A DNA stretch of 61,833 bases from Catajapyx aquilonaris (lineage: Eukaryota), in NCBI GenBank assembly GCA_000934665.2, contig KZ538560.1, positions 1 to 61,833 of the forward strand, written 5' to 3'. Positions 38,893 through 51,370 of the stretch are shown one piece after another. Both the position numbers and the translations under genes were made by a program. The first letter of the stretch is position 1; every line of letters starts with the position of its first letter. The notes under the pieces were generated by a model. It worked only from the letters and a program-made list of their open reading frames with translations. It ran no database searches and was not told the origin of the DNA.

Positions 38893-41577
38893 ATGTCTTT
38901 TCCGTGCTTGAGCTGCATTTTTCTGCTTCTGATAATCAATTCGATCCAAGGCAAGTTTGATTAATTGCTTCCGTAGCATGTGCGGTAATTGACTGTTTAA
39001 TTGTAGGATTACCGCTGTCGTCTCCGACTGTAACGCTCAAGATTATAACCGATGGGAATTCAACATGGGACGGACCTGTATGGCTGAAGCGCAACAGCTC
39101 ACAGGACCTCCCGATAGTACTTACACGACTGAAAGGCAATTTAGATTCGATTGCGATACCACCAGAATGCGTCGGAGAAAATTGCATGGAGCCAGAAATG
39201 GACGATGAGCTGGAAAGCATCAACATATTTCCAGGCGACAACTCGCTGACGGAAGACGCTTTACCGAGCTCCTCCCTGAGCAATTCCAATCTCATCTTCA
39301 GCCAGTACGAACTCCAAGAAGTGCTGGAGGATGCGAACATTAACAGCACCAGAGAAGGACGAGCCATCGGAGGGTTGTTGCGACATGCGTTTTCATTCAT
39401 GGAGTTGAAGCAGGTCATAAGCGAACTGGAGACGTCCGTAATGACGTCGGTGTCATGCACCGCTTGCAAAGCAGGTTAGATTTTACTTGGGTGTTTTGCG
39501 TTCGGATAATTACAGCCGATTGCGTTTCAGGGGTCGGCTTGTTGCAGCACTACATTGCAACCAAACGATCGGTGAAGGACATAACATTAGCCGCAATCAA
39601 AGTGTGCATCAGTCTGAAGATCGAAACGCCTCGAGTGTGCCAGGGAATCATCTCGGAAATGGCCGTGAGTATTCCTGATCCCGCGACGAATGTTGCGATT
39701 AACGTGAAGGGATTAATGAGTTTTTCAATTACAGGGTGAGGTTGTGTACGTTCTGCAGGACGTCGCTTTAAGTCCGGACGAAGTGTGCGGCTTACTGTTG
39801 GGTGACACCTGCGCTCATCCTGTAAATCCGTACCACAACTGGCTCGTCCAACTTCCTCCCGTCCCAAAACCAGCTCCGTCGCCACCTCCGCCGCAACCAA
39901 AACCCAGCCAGCCTGTAATTAAAGTCCTGCATCTCTCGGACACCCATTTTGACCCGCACTACCAGCCAGGAACGAACGCCCAGTGTGGTGAGCCCCTCTG
40001 TTGCCGGGCCAGCAGCGGAGTTCCCACAGGACCAGGAAGGGAAGCCGGGAAATGGGGAGACTACAGGAAGTGCGACACACCGCTCCGGACCATCGAAAGC
40101 ATGCTGGATCATATAAAGCAGGAGCATCCGGTAAATATGACATTGTACACGACGAGCGGTTAGTCACTTACACGGACTTCGGTTGGACTTCATTCTCGGT
40201 GTACTTCGTAAGCGACTGATTTTAACAGAATGCATCTTCCGTAGGATTTGAGCTACATCATCTGGACCGGCGACCTTCCGCCTCATGACGTGTGGAACCA
40301 GAGCAAGAGTTACAACCTGGGCATCATCCGAGAGACTGTGGAGCAGCTGGTCTCCCGCTTTCCGAACACTCCGATCTACCCAGCTTTGGGTAACCACGAG
40401 AGCGTACCGGTCAACAGTTTTCCGCCGCCGTTCACGCCTGAGAAATACTCGATCGACTGGCTGTACGAAGAGCTGAACAGGCAGTGGGGCCGATGGCTTC
40501 CGCTGTCCACGGCGCCGACCATACGACGAGGCGCTTTTTACTCCGTGTTAGTCAAGCCGGGATTCCGAATAATCTCGGTTAATACCAACTACTGCAATAA
40601 TAAGAACTGGTGGTTGTTGGTCAACAGTACTGATCCTGCGTCGGAACTACAGTGGCTTGTGTATGAGCTCCAAGCGGCCGAGTTCAACCAAGAGAAGGTG
40701 CACATAATAGGTCACATACCGCCGGGGTACGCGGATTGTCTGCGAGTATGGAGCTACAACTACTACCGAATTATTAACAGGTACTTGACTTTTGCGCCAC
40801 GTTATTCAGTTGTGTACGTTTGAATGTACGACACTAGGTATGAGTCGACCATCGCAGCGCAGTTCTTCGGGCATACACATTACGACGAGTTTGAGCTGTT
40901 CTACGATATGGACAACCCGGCTCGTCCTGTCAGCATCGCCTACATCGGTCCGTCCGTTACGCCATACTACGGACTGAACCCAGGGTATCGAATCTACCAA
41001 GTAGCTGGCGATTATCCAGGCTCGTCGAAGGTACAACTCGCAAACTGTAAAATCACTCGTTATTAACACACATCTTTGCAGATGGTTCTAGACCATGAAA
41101 CGTGGGTGATGGATCTGGCCGCTGCCAACAAGCACGACTTTCCCGAGTGGTACAGACTGTACTCGGCACGATCTCAGTACAGTATGCCCTCGCTCAATCC
41201 GGAAGACTGGGACGCACTTGTACGAAGCATGGTCGTCGACGACAACCTATTTTATGCCTACTACAGGTGCGTACTTATCGGTAGAAAAACCGGGTTACTA
41301 CATAACTATTACTTGTAGGTTGTACTGGAAGAACTCGCCAGCACGTGAGCCATGCGGAGATCAATGCAAAGCGAGGCTTCTGTGCAACCTCGTCTCTGGC
41401 AGATCGCACGACAGGAAAGCGACTTGCGAGCGTCTCAACCGTATGGATCCGCAGGGCGCCAACAGACGCAGCTGGACGTCCGTTCTGTTCAACGGACTGG
41501 CCACAGTGTACGTTGCCAACTTTGTGTCTGGCTTCTCCTGGCTCGGGTCCATTTCTGGTGACGTCCTTAGCGGCTGA
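38893..41577 (+). CDS. SMPD1: Acid sphingomyelinase (sphingomyelin phosphodiesterase), about 742 aa
   Basis: Exons 38893-38950 (signal peptide [22 protein letters not shown] donor), 39007-39474, 39531-39664, 39735-40130, 40245-40780, 40838-41030, 41082-41266, 41319-41577. Saposin-B domain, Pro-rich linker, metallophosphoesterase motifs DTHFD, TGDLPPH, GNHE, GHIPPG, GHTH. Confidence 0.95.
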
Positions 41578-43246
41578 TCCACTCGGAAAAAAAAAAGGGA
41601 CGGTTGCACTGGTGCTTTTTGTTTTAAATGGTATCTACGCAAGAAATTTTCTGGTGATTTGTATGGCTTGTGACTATTTTTTTGGGGTACTTTTTTTCTC
41701 CACAATGAACTTATGCAGTGTACATAGCTTAATACTCTGTACGTTGCGCATGGAAAACCCGGTACGTACATTACGTACCAAGTCGATAAGTACCAGGTTT
41801 TACATGTGCGGCACAATGTAGCTTTAAGGAAAATGGGCGGTTTCAATTGTGATAATGGTGCTTTACTGGAAAATCGCTAAACTTTTACAATTCGCTGGAC
41901 GGTCCGAACGTAATTGTGCAAATTATTGCGGACGTTGAATTGTGAAAGTTTGCGCTCGTCTAATTTCCATCAACAGGAGTGTGCGATTTATGCAATGTAC
42001 ATAGCTTCTGGTTCGATGCAAAGGTATGTTTAACTCAGATTATTTAGCACGCTTTCTAGTGACGTCGGTGCTACGATTTACTGTTGCAAGTGCAGATTTT
42101 AGTCAAATACTGTTCAACGACAAATGCGGCTCGAATATCTCCAACTCATAATATCCTGTCAAACTATTGCATTTCCTTCAATAATTTGTATTGAACTGTT
42201 ATTAATTTTTGGCAGCTTATAAGTTGGAGAAAAACCTGCCGAGCCTAGTCGTAGTCTAATAACGTTTCTCTAAGTCACTGATGTGACGTACAGTAGCGAT
42301 GCCAAAGTGATACGATTATGCAAGACATTTAATATTATGCTACACAACTTAATGCATTTTATTCAACTTATTACTACCAACATATGCATTTTCTTTTATA
42401 TTATATATTAATTATCTACGTATGTCATTCTGTATGGTCACAAATGGCTTGGTGCTTTTCTTACCCTCTTTTTTTTTAAATACAAGTTTTCATCTTCTTG
42501 CTTTCCATTTTCTGTTTTTATGCTTTCACTTTTATTGTGCCAATACATTTTTTATGTTTGACATTTTATTTTATTAATTTTTTTCCATACTTTTTAGCAG
42601 AGTGTCTGACCCGATTTGTTTTTTTTTTCCCTCCACATAGGCTGTCATTGCTGGTGGCAATACCCGCAATAGGCTACGTCTTTCCGCAGATCTTCCCAAA
42701 CATCGGCTAAGAAAATTAACGCAAAAAAAAATCCGCAAAGAAAATCACGCAAAAAAAAAAAATCAATTGTCATATTACGGAAAGGAAAAAAATTAATTTA
42801 AATGTACCTTCCTACATTTCCCCGGAAAGGAAGTCAAACTCATCCAGTGCCATTTTTTTCTTAATTAAAAAAAAGAAGTGTTTTTAAAAAAATCATACGG
42901 GTCGCCTGTACATACATTTTTTTGTTTTGTTTTTTTACTTGAACATATTTAATTTATTATACGCTTAAGTCCGTGGGGCTGACCCTCACCCGAATTATTT
43001 TAAAAAATAATAATTTTAGAACAACCCATAAGTTCAGACTGCAATAAATAAAATGTAACTTATGACTTAACTGTTGTTGTTGTTTTTATTTAAATTTTAA
43101 AATCAAAAATAGCGGATATTTATTTTAACAGCGAACTAGCGGCTACTTATTTTGAACAGCGAAATAGCGGTTATTCGTAGCCGTGACCGGATAAAGCAGC
43201 GATTGTGTAGCTGTTGGGCGATATTCGGCTTGCATAAAAATCCAAG

Positions 43247-46200
43247 ATGGCGGCGTCTAAGAAGAAAAAGAATTTCGAACACTTCGATTCTAAAGGTTTG
43301 TTCTAAGAAATGAGGTTGTTCGACATGTTGTAACCAGTTCTAATAGTTGAGTCATGTCATAATTAATCTGGAAAAGCATTAATTGCATGTTGCAAGTGTA
43401 ATAGTTGATGAGATAATTTGCTTTGATAATAGTCAGGCCTTGTTCATGTCTGATTTTTTATTTTTATTTTAATATTAATTTTTTTATAAGTACAGTTAGG
43501 CCCCTGTTTTTTAAATGATATATATTTTTTAAAACAATTTGTGGTGCATTGTGCACGGTTACATTATTATTCAGAACAATAAGTACAGTAATGTTTTCAG
43601 GTAAATGTTTTCTTTTACAGCCAAGGCTGCGTGTGAAATGAAAGCGACGCCGTGAATTGTTAAAAAGTGCGCATCGTTCTGAATATTTCAATTACATGCA
43701 TTGCCGCAATGAGCCCTAAGCGAAGTACGTCGGTTCCGGGGAGATCCAAAAAAGAGCGTAAGACGGTAACGATCGAGAAGAAAATGGAGGTGATTCGCCG
43801 TATGGAATCGGGCGGACGTCGTTCTGACGTATGCAAAGAGCTGAATTTAGCTCCGTCCACGGTATCCACGATTATGAGCAATGTCCACAAAATAAAACGG
43901 ACGTACCAAGGAATAACGGTGCAGTCATCCAACGTAACTTACTCCCGAAGCGAATCCATGGAACGAATGGAGAACATGTTGGTCGTCTGGGTTGAGCATA
44001 TGAACCAAATTAACATGCCGATCACCCAAGCGTTAATTCAAGACAAGGCGAAATCGCTGTTTGACGAAATACGCGAGGAGACTGGAAGCACCGAAACATT
44101 TACGGCCAGCAAAGGTTGGTTCCATCGGTTTAAAAACCGGACTGAAATACATCGGGGGAAACAAGTTCCGCAGGAATGTCCATCCCATTTTAAGATGTTA
44201 ATCGGCAAACGCAATTACCATCCGGACTTAGTTTTTAACGTGGACGAAACCGGGCTGTACTGGAAAAAGCTGCCGAGCGCCTGCGAGGAAAGTTTAGCCG
44301 CAAATGATCGTCTGACGTTACTTCTCGGCGGAAACGCTTCGGGGACAATGAAGCTGAAACCGATGCTGGTGTACCACACGGAGACGCCTTCCATAATGAC
44401 AGGAATGGTTAAGACGCGACTTCCCGTTCTCTGGCGATCCAGCAAAAATGCGAACGTAACTCAAACCATATTTAGCGAGTGGTACACCTCGTATTTTTGT
44501 CCAGAGGTTGCGAAGTTTTGTGCCGATAATGGATTGCCTCCGAATGTAATGCTGGTGCTGGATGATTCTCCGGGACATCCGGACAACTTACATGAAATCC
44601 ACAGTGGCAATTTGGATGTTGAGATCGTGTGTTTGCCCGATACGCAACGACAACCTATGGACCTGGGTGTGATTGCGATGTTTAAAGCGTACTACTTGCG
44701 AGAGACATTCAAGGCGATTGTCGAGGCAGTGCAGTCCGATATGACCGTACAGGAGTACTGGAGGTCGTATGATATACTGAAAGCGATTACCAACATTGAT
44801 TCGGCTTGGACGGACATATCGCAGGCTTGTATGAATAGCGTTTGGAGTCAACTGTGGCCTGAAGCTGCCGACTCGGTTTCAGAGACGGTTGCGGATGTGG
44901 TTGAGGATGTCTGTCAGATGGCTAAGGTCGTTGCGATCGACATCGATCCGCCCGATGTTGAACAGCTGCTGGAGAGCCATAGTGAGCCGCTAGTGAAGGA
45001 AGAACCGTCCGCACAACATGAGGACACACCTGACGTTCAAATACGGACATTACAAACCGAGCATATCAAAAGTGCGCTTGCTAAAATCCGTAGCGCTTTC
45101 GACGAACTGTGCGACAACGATCCTGATTGGGAACGGAGCCATGGCGTCCGACGAGGCGTAAACACGATGCTGAAGCCGTACTACAACATCTTGGAGGAGC
45201 GAAGTCGAAAGTCACTCTTGCAGTACGTAACTGTACGAGAACCTGACGACTCCCAACCTGGAACCTCCCATTAAAAATGTGTGTATGTTTCAATTACAAT
45301 TTCGATAACTTACAACTTATCATTTTACAAACGGGGGCCTACCTGTACATTTTATGCGATAAATAAGCCGTATTTGTTTATTAATATTTGTGCACTAATT
45401 TCAGATGAGCGGATATGGGCTGCGGTTGGATTCGCAGTGGTGCTGCTTGGAGTCGGTCTTCCGCTTTGGTGGAAGACGACTGAGGTGGAGCGAGTCCCGC
45501 TTCCGAGTGAACGGATGGAAGATGCGGCCAGACAAATAGTCCGGTTTCCAGTCCGAGTCGAGATAGTCGCGAAGGACCTGAGCGGAAAGGAGATAGAAGC
45601 GGACAGAGCGGCCATCCAGGAGTTTGGCGACGGCTTGTTCCAGTTGCGGCTCAAGTTGCGAAATCCGAGCGAGAAGGAAGTGAAGACCATTAAAGCAGCT
45701 GTTGATTTGGAACAACTGGAGGAATCTGATGTTGCGGATGGAGTTTCGGAAGGTTCATTCCGGTTCGTGCAGGTCGAGCGGAAATTGGTGGCGGACAAGT
45801 TGATAATCGGACGACGCAGGACGGCCTATTTTGCTGGCGACACAGGTTGGTTTGTTGCGTAAATATCGGACAGCTACTTATGAACGTACATTTCAGATAT
45901 CGCCATGTTGCTGTCGACTCTACGTAAGGAGATACTTCGCGAGTCGTCCTTCCCGTACGCACGCAACCTGTCCCTTCCATGCTCGCTCTCGGCTGACACC
46001 AAATCCAAGCTGTTCCAAGTTCCGCCCGCCGCATCGTACGACCTCCTATTCACCCTGGCCGTACCCGACCCTGCGTCTGCCCCGGTTCTATGGGACCTAC
46101 CGCAAACTCTAACTCGATATGTCTCGCCACTTTTAGCGACGCTGGAACCTTGGGCCCATTTCCGTGCTCGATCGCAAGTGTTGTATCTGACTACGTTGGG

Positions 46201-46987
46201 AGGAGAATCGCATTGGAGGGACGATCTGGGCGCACACGTTTTGCCATGGGAGCAGCTGCCTTTACTAGCGACTCCGCTTGAGGCTCGGCTTGCTTCACAT
46301 GTTCATGCGCATCCGCGGTTGAACTTTGTGGTGTGCGTCGCGCCTTGTGAGCGTTCGCCGATGGTCATACTAGACAAGAACGGGAAGCCGGTGGAGACAA
46401 ACGCTTTTGTGCTGCCGCAATGGGGCGGAGTTCAGGTCATCAACATCGGCTGCGGTGACAACTCAACTATGACTGTCGACACCACAATGGCCGTTATGCT
46501 CCAACATTTGCGACTCCTCCTTGGATTGGACTCCACGCCGGGCATGTTGGAGTTGAGCAAGTCGGCCATTCGGGACTGGGAGCGTGACTACCTGTTGCGA
46601 TTACGGGCCGCTCAGAACCTGTGCTCGGTTGGGATCAGTCTGAAGTCATTAGCTCAGCTGCTGGGCGAGATCAGCGGGATCGTTATTAACGAGGAAGTCG
46701 GCAGCCGTGTTCATCGCGCTTTAGACCAGTCTGATCTGGCACGGCAAAATTTAGCTGCGGCTCGACTTAGCGAGGGGCAGGAAGCGTCGAGGGAAGCGTT
46801 TGTGGCTGCCGAAGGTGCTTTCCATGATCCGTCATTGCTGGCATTGCTGTACTTTCCGGAAGATCAAAAGTACGCAATATACATTCCGCTCTTTTTGCCG
46901 GTTGGAATACCCGTGGCATTGTCGCTTCAGAGCATCTTGACGTGGATCAGTCGGAAGTGGAGAGGCGTTAAGGCCAAGACGGACTAG
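43247..46987 (+). CDS. PIGS: GPI transamidase component PIG-S, about 526 aa
   Basis: Exons 43247-43295, 45405-45845, 45897-46987, frame-consistent. N-terminal TM GLPLWWKTTE, NAFVLPQWGGV, C-terminal FHDPSLLALLYFPEDQKYAIYIPLFLP. Confidence 0.95.
43493..45345 (+). mobile_element. Full-length pogo/Tigger DNA transposon in PIG-S intron 1
   Basis: TA on both flanks (43491-43492, 45346-45347). 28-bp TIRs CAGTTAGGCCCCTGTTTTTTAAATGATA and the reverse complement of 45318-45345 match at 24/28. Confidence 0.88.
43709..45274 (+). CDS. Tigger/CENP-B-family transposase (intact single-exon ORF, 521 aa)
   Basis: MSPKR start, CENP-B N-terminal HTH, second HTH (FTASKGWFHRFKNR), DDE_1 domain with FNVDETGLYWK, LVLDDSPGH and QPMDLGVI (DD32D spacing). 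Confidence 0.92.
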   Translation: MSPKRSTSVPGRSKKERKTVTIEKKMEVIRRMESGGRRSDVCKELNLAPSTVSTIMSNVHKIKRTYQGITVQSSNVTYSRSESMERMENMLVVWVEHMNQINMPITQALIQDKAKSLFDEIREETGSTETFTASKGWFHRFKNRTEIHRGKQVPQECPSHFKMLIGKRNYHPDLVFNVDETGLYWKKLPSACEESLAANDRLTLLLGGNASGTMKLKPMLVYHTETPSIMTGMVKTRLPVLWRSSKNANVTQTIFSEWYTSYFCPEVAKFCADNGLPPNVMLVLDDSPGHPDNLHEIHSGNLDVEIVCLPDTQRQPMDLGVIAMFKAYYLRETFKAIVEAVQSDMTVQEYWRSYDILKAITNIDSAWTDISQACMNSVWSQLWPEAADSVSETVADVVEDVCQMAKVVAIDIDPPDVEQLLESHSEPLVKEEPSAQHEDTPDVQIRTLQTEHIKSALAKIRSAFDELCDNDPDWERSHGVRRGVNTMLKPYYNILEERSRKSLLQYVTVREPDDSQPGTSH

Positions 46988-47434
46988 TCAAGTGTGATAG
47001 TGATTGATTGCGGCAAGCGTGATTCTTGCGATTTATAATGACCATATTGATATGTACACACATTTTAATTGATCTCCCTTTTTGGCACATGTCGACTAAT
47101 CTTCTCCCATGCGACACATTGCTGGTTTCATTCCAATAATTAATGTTTCGCTGCTTGAAGCAAAAAGTATTTTCTCAACTGCGATGAATGTCTTCGAGTA
47201 ATTGACGGCCAGTTGTGAATAAATTGTCTGTTGTTCATAATTAGAAATTTTCTTCCTACAAGCAAACCAAATTACACATTTCTCTAATTCAGTGCACCAT
47301 TTTATTAGCAGCTTATTATGTAAATTATAATAAGATTTTTGCACTCGTTATCACGAATAACGTGAAGCGTTGGGACTGTACGGCTTCAGAGCGAATCGGT
47401 CAATTACAATATGTCTTGACACGTAGCCAACGTA

Positions 47435-47761
47435 TTAGCAGTACGGATAAGCAGGGCATTGAGCCGGGTCAACTCCGGCCGGATAGGCCAAGCTTCTCGC
47501 CACAGGCAAATGAGCCGAGACAGTCGCACAGTACGGGTATCCCGGACACAACGCAGGGTTCACGTCAGCAGGGTAACCGACTGGACTATGTGCGGACAAT
47601 GTTGAGCAGAACGGGTACGCCGGACACAATGCAGGGTCGACACCGGCTGGATACTGGCACAGCGCCGGAGCCAGAAGCAGCATGATCTGCAATTGAAGCC
47701 ATGTAATTACTCGGAAACATATACTCGTAGCCATACAAACCGTGATTGTCGTCTTCAGCAT
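47435..47761 (-). CDS. CPCFC: CPCFC-family cuticular protein (three C-x5-C repeats), about 90 aa
   Basis: Exons 47761-47741 and 47686-47435 give signal peptide MLKTTITIMLLLAPALC, then YPAGVDPALCPAYPFC, YPADVNPALCPGYPYC, YPAGVDPAQCPAYPYC. TATAAA at 47802-47807 on the minus strand. Confidence 0.9.
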   Translation of the reverse strand: MLKTTITVCMATSICFRVITWLQLQIMLLLAPALCQYPAGVDPALCPAYPFCSTLSAHSPVGYPADVNPALCPGYPYCATVSAHLPVARSLAYPAGVDPAQCPAYPYC

Positions 47762-48268
47762 GGTTTCCGTCATGATGCGAATGACACTCGGATATGCCGG
47801 GTTTATAAGGCAAACGTATCAATGCCATTGACCACACCCAATCAAAACATCCAAACCAGTTCAAGCACAAATGATTATGAGATTCTCAAGGCCGACTAGA
47901 TCTTCACGAGGTTGCTCGACTAACGGTTCATCTACATTATTCATGGAATGTAAACACACGGACTAGTGTAATAATTTGTATGTAGCAATCTGATACTTTT
48001 TTTCATTGTCGCAATACCTTTTTTTTGTAATTATTCGACCCATAAAATTGCTAGGAAACAAGTGTTTACTTTTAAAGTTAACTGACACACGGGCATTGGG
48101 TCGACAGCAAAATTCGGGCCCATCCATGTGTCCGTGTGCGCAAGTGTAAGTTTATTCAATGGATCGCAATGATACGTACTAATTGTTTCTTCCGTGCAGC
48201 CAATCCTGATCGCTGCACCCTGATTCCTTCCATGCCGATTAGGTCATAAATTTTGTTAATCCGCAAGC

Positions 48269-48814
48269 ATGGCAACCAGCCGCTTGTTGACCGAAATGGA
48301 AGGGCATCACATACGGGAGGTGCAGGCCTGGCTTAAATCAATGTCCATCGAGCATAACCAGAGCGCAATCGCAGTGTTTTCTGACGGTGGTAATTATGCT
48401 GTATATATTCTTCTAAAGTAGTCATGCGTCAAAGTCCATTTTCCGACAGTTGCATGTGCCAAGATTGTCCACTCGCACTTTCCGAAGCTGTTGAACCCGG
48501 CTGATTACAGGCCCTCGATAGACATGGTGTCCAAACGAGGGAACTGGGCACGCCTGAACACGCAGGTCCTGAGGCACCTCAGGTTCTCCATCACGGGCAT
48601 CACCATTTCTCACCTGATGCAGGGAAACGAGAGGGTCACGTACGATTTCCTTAAGAGGCTGAAAGATAAGCTGAACAAATTCGTCTACAAACCGGTGGAC
48701 GCAGGGAAAGGCGAAAACACAATAAGCGATGCTCGGAAGGACGAGGGTGATGACTGCTATGCTCTGATACGCAATCCTCGCGTTAAGAAGCAGGTCATGG
48801 ACATCGTAGGCAAG
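48269..48814 (+). CDS. SPEF1: Sperm flagellar protein 1-like calponin-homology protein; 3' end uncertain
   Basis: Exons 48269-48389 and 48450-48814 (or read through to the stop at 48838): WLKSM...FSDGVACAKIVHSHFPKL..DY.P....K.GNW..LN..VL..L, the recalled SPEF1 CH2 pattern. Divergent. Confidence 0.7.
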
Positions 48815-49064
48815 GTTTGTAATATGTTCTGTAATTAAATAACTAATTAGTTCATTAGTTAATACACATGCTAAAATATACATTATGAAATAATAAAATG
48901 TACCACTCATAATAACAGAACAGAACAATTAATAAAATGTATATAATAAAGAAATGTACACACATATTAAGTAATAAATATGCAATATTAATAAAATATA
49001 CATGTTTAAAAAATAATAAGCAACAAAAATAAGTGAATTGTACAAGATTAATGATGAATGAAAT

Positions 49065-49700
49065 ACACAAATAAAAATAAATTTTGAAATTCATGAATTA
49101 ACTATACAAATAAAAATAAATTTTGAAATTCATGAATTAACTATACAAATAAATTTTGAAATTCATGAATAAGTTATACAAATAAATTTTGAAATTCATG
49201 AATTAACTATACAAATAAATTTTGAAATTCATGAATAAGTTATACAAATAAATTTTGAAATTCATGAATTAACTATACAAATAAATTTTGAAATTCATGA
49301 ATAAGTTATACAAATAAATTTTGAAATTCATGAATTAACTATACAAATAAATTTCGAAATTCATGAATTAACTATACTAATAAATTTTGAAATTCATGAA
49401 TTTACTACACAAATAAATTTTGAAATTCATGAATTTACTATACATATAATTTTTGAAATTCATGAATTAACTATACAAATAAATTTTGAAATTCATGAAT
49501 TTACTATACAAATAATTTTTGAAATTCATGAATTAACTATACAAATAAATTTTGAAATTCATGAATTTACTGTACAAATAATTTTTGAAATTCATGAATT
49601 AACTACACAAATAAATTTCGAAATTCATGAATTAACTATACAAATAAATTTTGAAATTCATGAATTAACTATTACAAATAAATTTTGAAATTCATGAATA
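49065..49700. repeat. 33-bp AT-rich minisatellite, about 19 copies
   Basis: Unit AAATAAATTTTGAAATTCATGAATTAACTATAC, containing the palindrome AATTCATGAATT. Confidence 0.95.
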
Positions 49701-50055
49701 ATAAAATGTAAAAAATTAATGAATAATAAAATGTACAAAAATAGTGAATAATAAAATGTACAAAATTAATAAATACCAAAATGATTTGTTACTGATTGTA
49801 ACAATGATGAGTACGTTGCCAGCGCTGTCAGCATTGCTGAGCTCTCCTGTTGGTTACTTACTGTTATTTTATTGTTACTGGTATACTTCGCTGCGGCAGC
49901 CGCTGAGTTATTGAGCAGCGTACTGGAAGGCAATTCATTGCAATGCTGCTGATAATAATGATTAATCAGTGAGCTAGTTGTAAGAGTACCGAAGAGTAGT
50001 TTAAAAATGTGTCGATACATGTCGCAATTGAAACCAATTATTCCCCCCCCCCCCC

Positions 50056-50263
50056 NNNNNNNNNNNNNNNNNNNNNNNNNNNNNNNNNNNNNNNNNNNNN
50101 NNNNNNNNNNNNNNNNNNNNNNNNNNNNNNNNNNNNNNNNNNNNNNNNNNNNNNNNNNNNNNNNNNNNNNNNNNNNNNNNNNNNNNNNNNNNNNNNNNNN
50201 NNNNNNNNNNNNNNNNNNNNNNNNNNNNNNNNNNNNNNNNNNNNNNNNNNNNNNNNNNNNNNN
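50056..50263. other. Assembly gap flanked by poly-C and poly-T
   Basis: N run. Smaller Ns at 529-536 and 25711 also sit in or beside poly-G. Confidence 0.99.
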
Positions 50264-50705
50264 TTTTTTTTTTTTTTTTTTTCAATTTTCCCGGGCAGCG
50301 TTCCGTTCCTCCGATTCCAGATCGACGCGCGCATGTCAGATGGTGGGGAGGGAACGGGGGCCGTTCCCTAACAATGCGACCTTGTGGACCAGAGAGAAAG
50401 AAGAAGAAGGAACGGTGTGGGACTAGGGCCGGTGGGTCGAACGTGTGTTGCGTTCCATACGTTGTTGCGACAACGACACTTTTTGCGGGGGTTCGGTACC
50501 GCGGGTACGGCAGGGCAAATAGGACGATGGTCAGTTGACTCGGTTGGTTGGGGCAACTGGGCGGCGACGGGGAAGGGAAGACGAATGGAAGGGACGGAGA
50601 AGGAGGAGAGGTAGCCGCACGCCTGCCGCGTTGGGGAGAGCCGGAATAATACCCCGTTCGATATCCAAAAAGGAAAGGGGGCGGCCCAGGGGCGGATTAG
50701 AAACC

Positions 50706-51322
50706 ATGGACGAAGGGGTGCTGAGGGATCTCAAGACGCAGACGGACGTGGCGGCGCAGACAAGGGTAAGCATCGTTATAGGGAAAGGAAAATTTTTAAA
50801 AAAGGTATCTAGAGGGGGGTGACCTCCCGTCAGGTCATGTCGTGACCCCAAAATGTGCTGCAAGGTCATTCTTTGAATTTAAAAAAAAAAAAAGAAGAGA
50901 GACAGCTCTGGAATGAATGTACCGGAAATAAAAAAGCTGCAAAATAGCCTACTAAATCTAATTATTATTATGGAAATAAAGTAGCCTACTGAAACTGGTA
51001 ATTATTATTATTAATATAAAATAGCCTGTTAATCTAATAATTATTATTGATATGAAATAGGCTATTAATCTCATAATTATTATTATTATTATTCATATGA
51101 AATAGCCTACTGAATCTAATTATTAATATAAAATAGCCTACTGAAACTAGTAATTATTATTATTAATATAAAATAGTATATTAATCTAATTATTATTAAT
51201 AATATAAAATAGTCTATTAATCTCATAATTATTATTGATATGAAATAGCCTACTGGATCTAATTATGAATATAAAATAGCATACTAAATATCATGATTAT
51301 TATTGATATGATAATTATTATT

Positions 51323-51370
<48 letters not shown>

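Noticed and set aside
50001..50426. ORFs spanning the N run
   Set aside because: Artefact of the assembly gap.
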